Positions 14,456 to 18,228 of a stretch of DNA of 18,228 bases are shown one piece after another; position 1 is the stretch's first letter; every line of letters starts with the position of its first letter. Below the pieces are notes generated by a model. The model did no database searches. It worked only from the letters and a program-made list of their open reading frames with translations, and was not told where the DNA came from. Location of the stretch: assembly GCA_039683575.1 (NCBI GenBank), contig JBDKRC010000324.1, positions 1 to 18,228 on the forward strand, given 5' to 3'. Position numbers and translations under genes: made by a program. This DNA is from Armatimonadia bacterium (lineage in GTDB: Bacteria > Armatimonadota > Zipacnadia > Zipacnadales > UBA11051).

Positions 14456-15786
14456 GTTGCGGCCTGGACCCTCTTGTGTGTCGCCGCCAGCCATTCGCCC
14501 TGGTCCTCCCATAGCGGCTGCCCCGGGAAGGCATATGTGGACACCATGTATCCCCAGTATCCCGCCTGCAGCATGTGGTCCACGATGTAGTCGAAGTTCG
14601 CCCTGCCGACCGCAGACGGCTCGAACTGCGAGTGGCTCGGCGGCCAGCACAGGTAACCCTCGTCACACACCAGTGGCAGCCCGCGCTGCCGGGCGTGCGA
14701 CGCCATGAACTGGATGCCATTGCGCCAGAAGCTCCTCATGCGGTCCTCGTACTGCGGGTAGTGCTTGAACATCCAGTAGTCGTACCGGTCCACGTCCATG
14801 TACTGGTACACGTAGTTCAGCACCCACCACTGCGCCAGCCACTCAATCCCCAGGTGCTGCCGGTACTCCTGCCACGATGGCCGGTCGGGCTTCATGAGCC
14901 ACTGGAACAGTTCCTTCTCCTCCGCCCGCCGCATCACCTCATCATGGCCGCTGGTGAACAGCCCGATGCCGGCCTCGCGGAAGAGTGCCATCTGGATGCT
15001 GGCGCTCCACGCGTACAGATGGTGGTCAACCAGCTGGCTGCTCGGGGCCAGACGCTCCACGAACCGCTCCGCCGCGTCCACCTCAAAGCCCGCCTCGCTT
15101 GCGGGCAGCGAATAGTCGTCCGTAATGAGCAGATCCGGGTGCCGCTCGCGCAGGAAGACAAGCTGCTTCTCCACTGCCGCTCGTAGCGCCACAGTCCCGC
15201 CTGGCAGCCCGAGCCCAATCGAGTACTCTATCTCATTGTGGAACTCGACGTACGCAATCCGGTCGCCGTAACCCTCACCCTTGAGCGTCGTTAGGAGCCG
15301 GTCAATCTGCATGCTCGTGTAGTCAAACCGCGCCGGGACGGGTATGTCCAGGATTTCCTGCCGCAGCGCCGGATCGGCCAGGAAGCCCAGCGTGTGCCCC
15401 GGTTGGTACTCCCAACTCGTCAGCCCCACGTAGACATCGTACTTTCGCGCCAGCTCAAACAGCTTCAGCAGGCGCTCCAGAGCATCTACAGTGCCCCCGC
15501 CGAGCGTCTTCGTGCCCGGGCCGTAGTCGCAGTAACCCGGCTCCGCCACCCGCCCGATCTCGACCGGCCCCCGCCGCGTGCCGTCGGGCCGGAAGCACCA
15601 ACTCCACAGTCCATCCAGCCGCACGGTATTGAAGCCGCGTGCCACTAAGTCACGGAATACCTGCTCCAGATCGTGAAAGCCCTCGCCCTCCTGCAGGTCA
15701 GTGGCCCAGTACGAGAACCAAAAAGAGATAGTCAGTCGCTCGGGCAGATGCGCTGGGATGGTATCTCTGGCCAGGACGGGTGCCAT
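14452..15786 (-). CDS. Cellulase-like family protein (GH-A clan TIM barrel), no signal peptide
   Basis: RLTISFW..YW, DLVARGFNTVRLD, YVEFHNE (putative acid/base) and LVCDEG (putative nucleophile). Confidence 0.8.
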   Translation of the reverse strand: MAPVLARDTIPAHLPERLTISFWFSYWATDLQEGEGFHDLEQVFRDLVARGFNTVRLDGLWSWCFRPDGTRRGPVEIGRVAEPGYCDYGPGTKTLGGGTVDALERLLKLFELARKYDVYVGLTSWEYQPGHTLGFLADPALRQEILDIPVPARFDYTSMQIDRLLTTLKGEGYGDRIAYVEFHNEIEYSIGLGLPGGTVALRAAVEKQLVFLRERHPDLLITDDYSLPASEAGFEVDAAERFVERLAPSSQLVDHHLYAWSASIQMALFREAGIGLFTSGHDEVMRRAEEKELFQWLMKPDRPSWQEYRQHLGIEWLAQWWVLNYVYQYMDVDRYDYWMFKHYPQYEDRMRSFWRNGIQFMASHARQRGLPLVCDEGYLCWPPSHSQFEPSAVGRANFDYIVDHMLQAGYWGYMVSTYAFPGQPLWEDQGEWLAATHKRVQAAT

Positions 15787-15801
15787 GGCTGGATCACTCC
15801 C

Positions 15802-16383
15802 TCAGTCGAGGATTGTGAACAGGAACGTGCACGGCTTCTTCCCGCCGCTGGCCAGCGCCGAAGACCGCACCTGCAGTTCCAGCTTCCGCCCCAGCGCCAT
15901 TTGCAGGTGATGCTTCGCGTGACCGCCGCAGCAGTAGCAGTACGTCTTCGAAATCGGCTCCTTGGCCTTGGGCAGACACACGCACCGGTAATGCTCCAGC
16001 CCCTCGGGCGAAAAGCACACCAGCACCTTCCCCTCCTCGGTCAGGCTGACACTGTGCCCGAACACGAACCGCGTCTCATTGGCCACCGCAATCCGCTCCT
16101 CGAGGGTCTCGTGCTCCTTGCCGATGGCTTTCGACAGCTTCAGCCTCTTCCCGCCCAGACAGCATGCGCACCCCTCCCGCACGGTCTTCCGGACCTTCGG
16201 CGCAAGTAGCTTGTCCATCCGCCGCATCGCCTCACCCAGCCACTCCGCCTTCCGCTCCGGGCTGCTGCCCTTGCCTATCCCCTCCCCGCCCTCCATTATC
16301 TGCTCCACAACCTCCGGCGCAACGCCCTGCGCGGCCAGGTTCTCAGCCAACACTTTGATGCGGCCATATTCATAGTATGCCAT
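15802..16383 (-). CDS. Cys-rich DUF6144-like protein
   Basis: EQIMEGGE...AMRRMDKLL...EGCACC...RCVC...ISKTYCYCCGGH...SSALASGGKKPCTF; SD AGGAG. Family name is from recall. Confidence 0.7.
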   Translation of the reverse strand: MAYYEYGRIKVLAENLAAQGVAPEVVEQIMEGGEGIGKGSSPERKAEWLGEAMRRMDKLLAPKVRKTVREGCACCLGGKRLKLSKAIGKEHETLEERIAVANETRFVFGHSVSLTEEGKVLVCFSPEGLEHYRCVCLPKAKEPISKTYCYCCGGHAKHHLQMALGRKLELQVRSSALASGGKKPCTFLFTILD

Positions 16384-16410
16384 GCCAATGCTCCTGTGTC
16401 CGGGATGGCT

Positions 16411-17895
16411 CTACTTCAGCAACTCTCCCCGCGCCCGCTCCAGCATCCCTTCCAGCGCCTCCCGCTTGTCCTCCCCCAACTCCGGCGCCTCCCACCGCGC
16501 CACGTTGGCCCGCCACGCCTCCTCGCACTGGTCCAGAATTCTCTTCTCGCTCATCGTCCCCGCCGCCCCCGCCGTGTCGCTCGGGAACAACTCGCTCCGC
16601 CATAGCTCCCGGTAGTGCCGCAGCGTGTGGTCGCTTGTCAGAAACTCCTGCTCCTGAGCCACGTGTTCGCAAAGCTCCGCAAACAGCAGCGTCTCCTCGC
16701 TCACCTCAAGCTCATCCTTCACCGCGAACTGCCCTTTGCGGATCTCCATGTCGAGCATGAACTGCGTCGGCGACCCCATCCCGCCGTTGTCCAGCGTCCC
16801 CATCCCCGGATACGGAATATGCGGGTTCTGTGTCAGGTGCGTCGCCGCCGTCCCGCCGTAGAAATTCTCATACACCGCCTGGAGCCCCGGCTGCTTGACT
16901 GTCGGGCTGAAGAACACCTCAGCCCAGCAATGCCCGCCCCAGCACTGGTCGAACAGCTCCTTCACCCCAAAGTTGCACATGGCCGTCGCCGGGCCCACCG
17001 ACGCTGCCGTCGCATGCCTCATGTCCAGCACTGTCGAGATCATCCTGCCCGTCAGGTCTCCCTCCGGGTCCAGACAGAACGCCGCCACGAGCCCTCCCAG
17101 GACCTCCGCCGCCCCGAGCACAATCGCCGCCGCCGTCGTCACTGGCGTGGACACCCCAATGGTCGGCATCGAGCACATGTGGTACTTCCGCACTCCCGCG
17201 GCCTTGCGGGTCAGCATATCCTCGGCCGACCGGTGATCCAGGATCAGCGGCGACGTCAGGCACTCTGACCCCGCCAGGTAACGTGCGTCCTTCTCCACCC
17301 CGCTCATGATCTCCCCGGCCTCGACCAGGTACTTGATCACCGCCGGGTCAATCGCCTCGATCCCATCAACCTTCGTCGTATACTGCAGCGCCAGGACCAG
17401 CGACTCCAGCCGCTCTGTCTCTTCCGGCACATCCTGCCGGTACCACGTGCTGACATACCCGACCTCCGGCGTCGCCTCCGCGAACTTCATCATCGTGATG
17501 AAGATGTCGGTGTCCACCGGGCGGCTCTGCTGTGCGCGGTAGTCATAGTAAGTCGTCGGCCCGCAATCAAATGCCGGCATCAGGAACTCCGACCGCATCC
17601 GCTCCCGCACCGTCTCCTTCTGCCCGGTCCACATCAGCCAGTGCGTCCAGTCAATCCCGCAAAATGGGTGCAGGCTCTGGTCGTCCGCATCAATCCACTG
17701 GTTGGGCGCCAGCTTGGCGACAAGCTGCTCAACAAGTTGGCCGGGTATCAGCACTCGCCCCGTGGCATGGTGCCGTGTGCAGCCTTCGGCCACCATGACC
17801 TCAACCAGTTCGTCGCTCTCCACCCGCAGCCCGACCTCCGCCAGCATCTGCAGGGTCCGATCCCGCAGCACCTCAACCTGTGAACTGGAAAGCAT
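16411..17895 (-). CDS. Trimethylamine methyltransferase (MttB) superfamily protein, non-pyrrolysine, divergent
   Basis: TLQMLAEVGLRV, TSPLILD, STPVTTAAAIVLGAAEVLGG, LDMR, KQPGLQAVYE, GTLDNG...QFMLDMEI and FLTSDHTLRHYRE. Start moved to ATG 17895 (GGGAGGT at 17901-17907). Confidence 0.8.
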   Translation of the reverse strand: MLSSSQVEVLRDRTLQMLAEVGLRVESDELVEVMVAEGCTRHHATGRVLIPGQLVEQLVAKLAPNQWIDADDQSLHPFCGIDWTHWLMWTGQKETVRERMRSEFLMPAFDCGPTTYYDYRAQQSRPVDTDIFITMMKFAEATPEVGYVSTWYRQDVPEETERLESLVLALQYTTKVDGIEAIDPAVIKYLVEAGEIMSGVEKDARYLAGSECLTSPLILDHRSAEDMLTRKAAGVRKYHMCSMPTIGVSTPVTTAAAIVLGAAEVLGGLVAAFCLDPEGDLTGRMISTVLDMRHATAASVGPATAMCNFGVKELFDQCWGGHCWAEVFFSPTVKQPGLQAVYENFYGGTAATHLTQNPHIPYPGMGTLDNGGMGSPTQFMLDMEIRKGQFAVKDELEVSEETLLFAELCEHVAQEQEFLTSDHTLRHYRELWRSELFPSDTAGAAGTMSEKRILDQCEEAWRANVARWEAPELGEDKREALEGMLERARGELLK

Positions 17896-17908
17896 TGGCG
17901 ACCTCCCA

Positions 17909-17982
17909 TGCCGGACGAGCCGGCAGCCAGTGTCAGCGCCACTTCTGTGTAGATATTCGTGGGGCAAATGGCGACACCTGCC
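17909..17982 (-). promoter_or_regulatory. Candidate structured 5' leader with two overlapping hairpins
   Basis: Long interrupted stem 17922-17982 and short stem 17909-17925 share bases 17922-17925; the short stem ends next to the SD. Confidence 0.35.
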
Positions 17983-18056
17983 ACCAGGGCCCGGCCGGGA
18001 GGGGCCGAATGCGCGCCTGCAGCCTCACCGCAGGCCCGCATGCGGCCCGCACCGAC

Positions 18057-18065
18057 ATTACATCA
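18057..18065 (-). promoter_or_regulatory. Possible extended -10 promoter for the mttB-like gene run
   Basis: TG-A-TGTAAT on the minus strand; no good -35. An imperfect dyad ATTGAC...GACAAT (18065-18089) lies just upstream. Confidence 0.25.
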
Positions 18066-18105
18066 TTGACTGGCCAATACTGGGACAATCAGCGTGGGGA
18101 ACGAC

Positions 18106-18228
18106 TAGTGTCTCGCCTTCCAAAAAGCTAGACAGTTACACGGCCCTCGGCTGGCCGGTATAGGTCCAGCGGTATGGATGGGCTTCTTTGGTATTGTAGT
18201 AGTCGATGAAGCCGGTGACTTTGTCGTC
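18106..18228 (-). mobile_element. IS630-family insertion sequence, downstream end
   Basis: The transposase stop is followed within ~30 bp by ...GAAGGCGAGACACTAG, an IS630-like terminus ending at a CTAG/TA target (18105-18108). Confidence 0.8.
18136..18228 (-). CDS. IS630-family transposase, C-terminal 30 aa
   Basis: Hand translation: DDKVTGFIDYYNTKEAHPYRWTYTGQPRAV*. FI.YYN....P(F/Y).WTY.G is a characteristic IS630 tail. Confidence 0.85.
   Translation of the reverse strand, partial: DDKVTGFIDYYNTKEAHPYRWTYTGQPRAV

Noticed and set aside
14456-14650. N-terminal extension of the GNAT ORF
   Set aside because: Lies within the cellulase-like gene; the ATGA coupling at 14452-14455 is a better start.
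16411-17895. Pyrrolysine recoding in the MttB-like gene
   Set aside because: No in-frame TAG; the terminal TAG falls at the expected protein length.
31-18163. Many plus-strand ORFs (e.g. 31-552, 2608-3483, 7936-8646, 13435-14331) and off-frame minus-strand ORFs
   Set aside because: Shadow ORFs of GC-rich minus-strand genes; Arg/Pro/Ala-biased, with no recognisable motifs.

Overview
GC-rich bacterial chromosomal region. All 20 credible CDSs (two truncated by the window edges) are on the minus strand. The host is probably Armatimonadota, inferred from the [19 protein letters not shown] signature of two DUF1559 prepilin-like genes. In transcription order (right to left) the window holds: the 3' end and terminus of an IS630-family element; a structured leader; a cytoplasmic gene run (divergent non-pyrrolysine MttB-like methyltransferase, Cys-rich DUF6144-like protein, cellulase-like GH-A hydrolase, RimJ-type GNAT, Gfo/Idh/MocA oxidoreductase, MNT-HEPN pair, orphan TPP-dependent E1-alpha); a REP-like hairpin cluster; yeaO; and a run of secreted, probably carbohydrate-related proteins interleaved with two DUF1559/H-X9-DG pilin-like genes, ending in a DUF5107 gene. 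An MntA-HepT toxin-antitoxin module sits inside the secreted run. Its antitoxin is fused to an excisionase-like HTH_17 domain, and its promoter/RBS is covered by five phased 10-bp direct repeats. I saw no rRNA, tRNA or CRISPR array. Family assignments come from motif recognition only; no searches were run.
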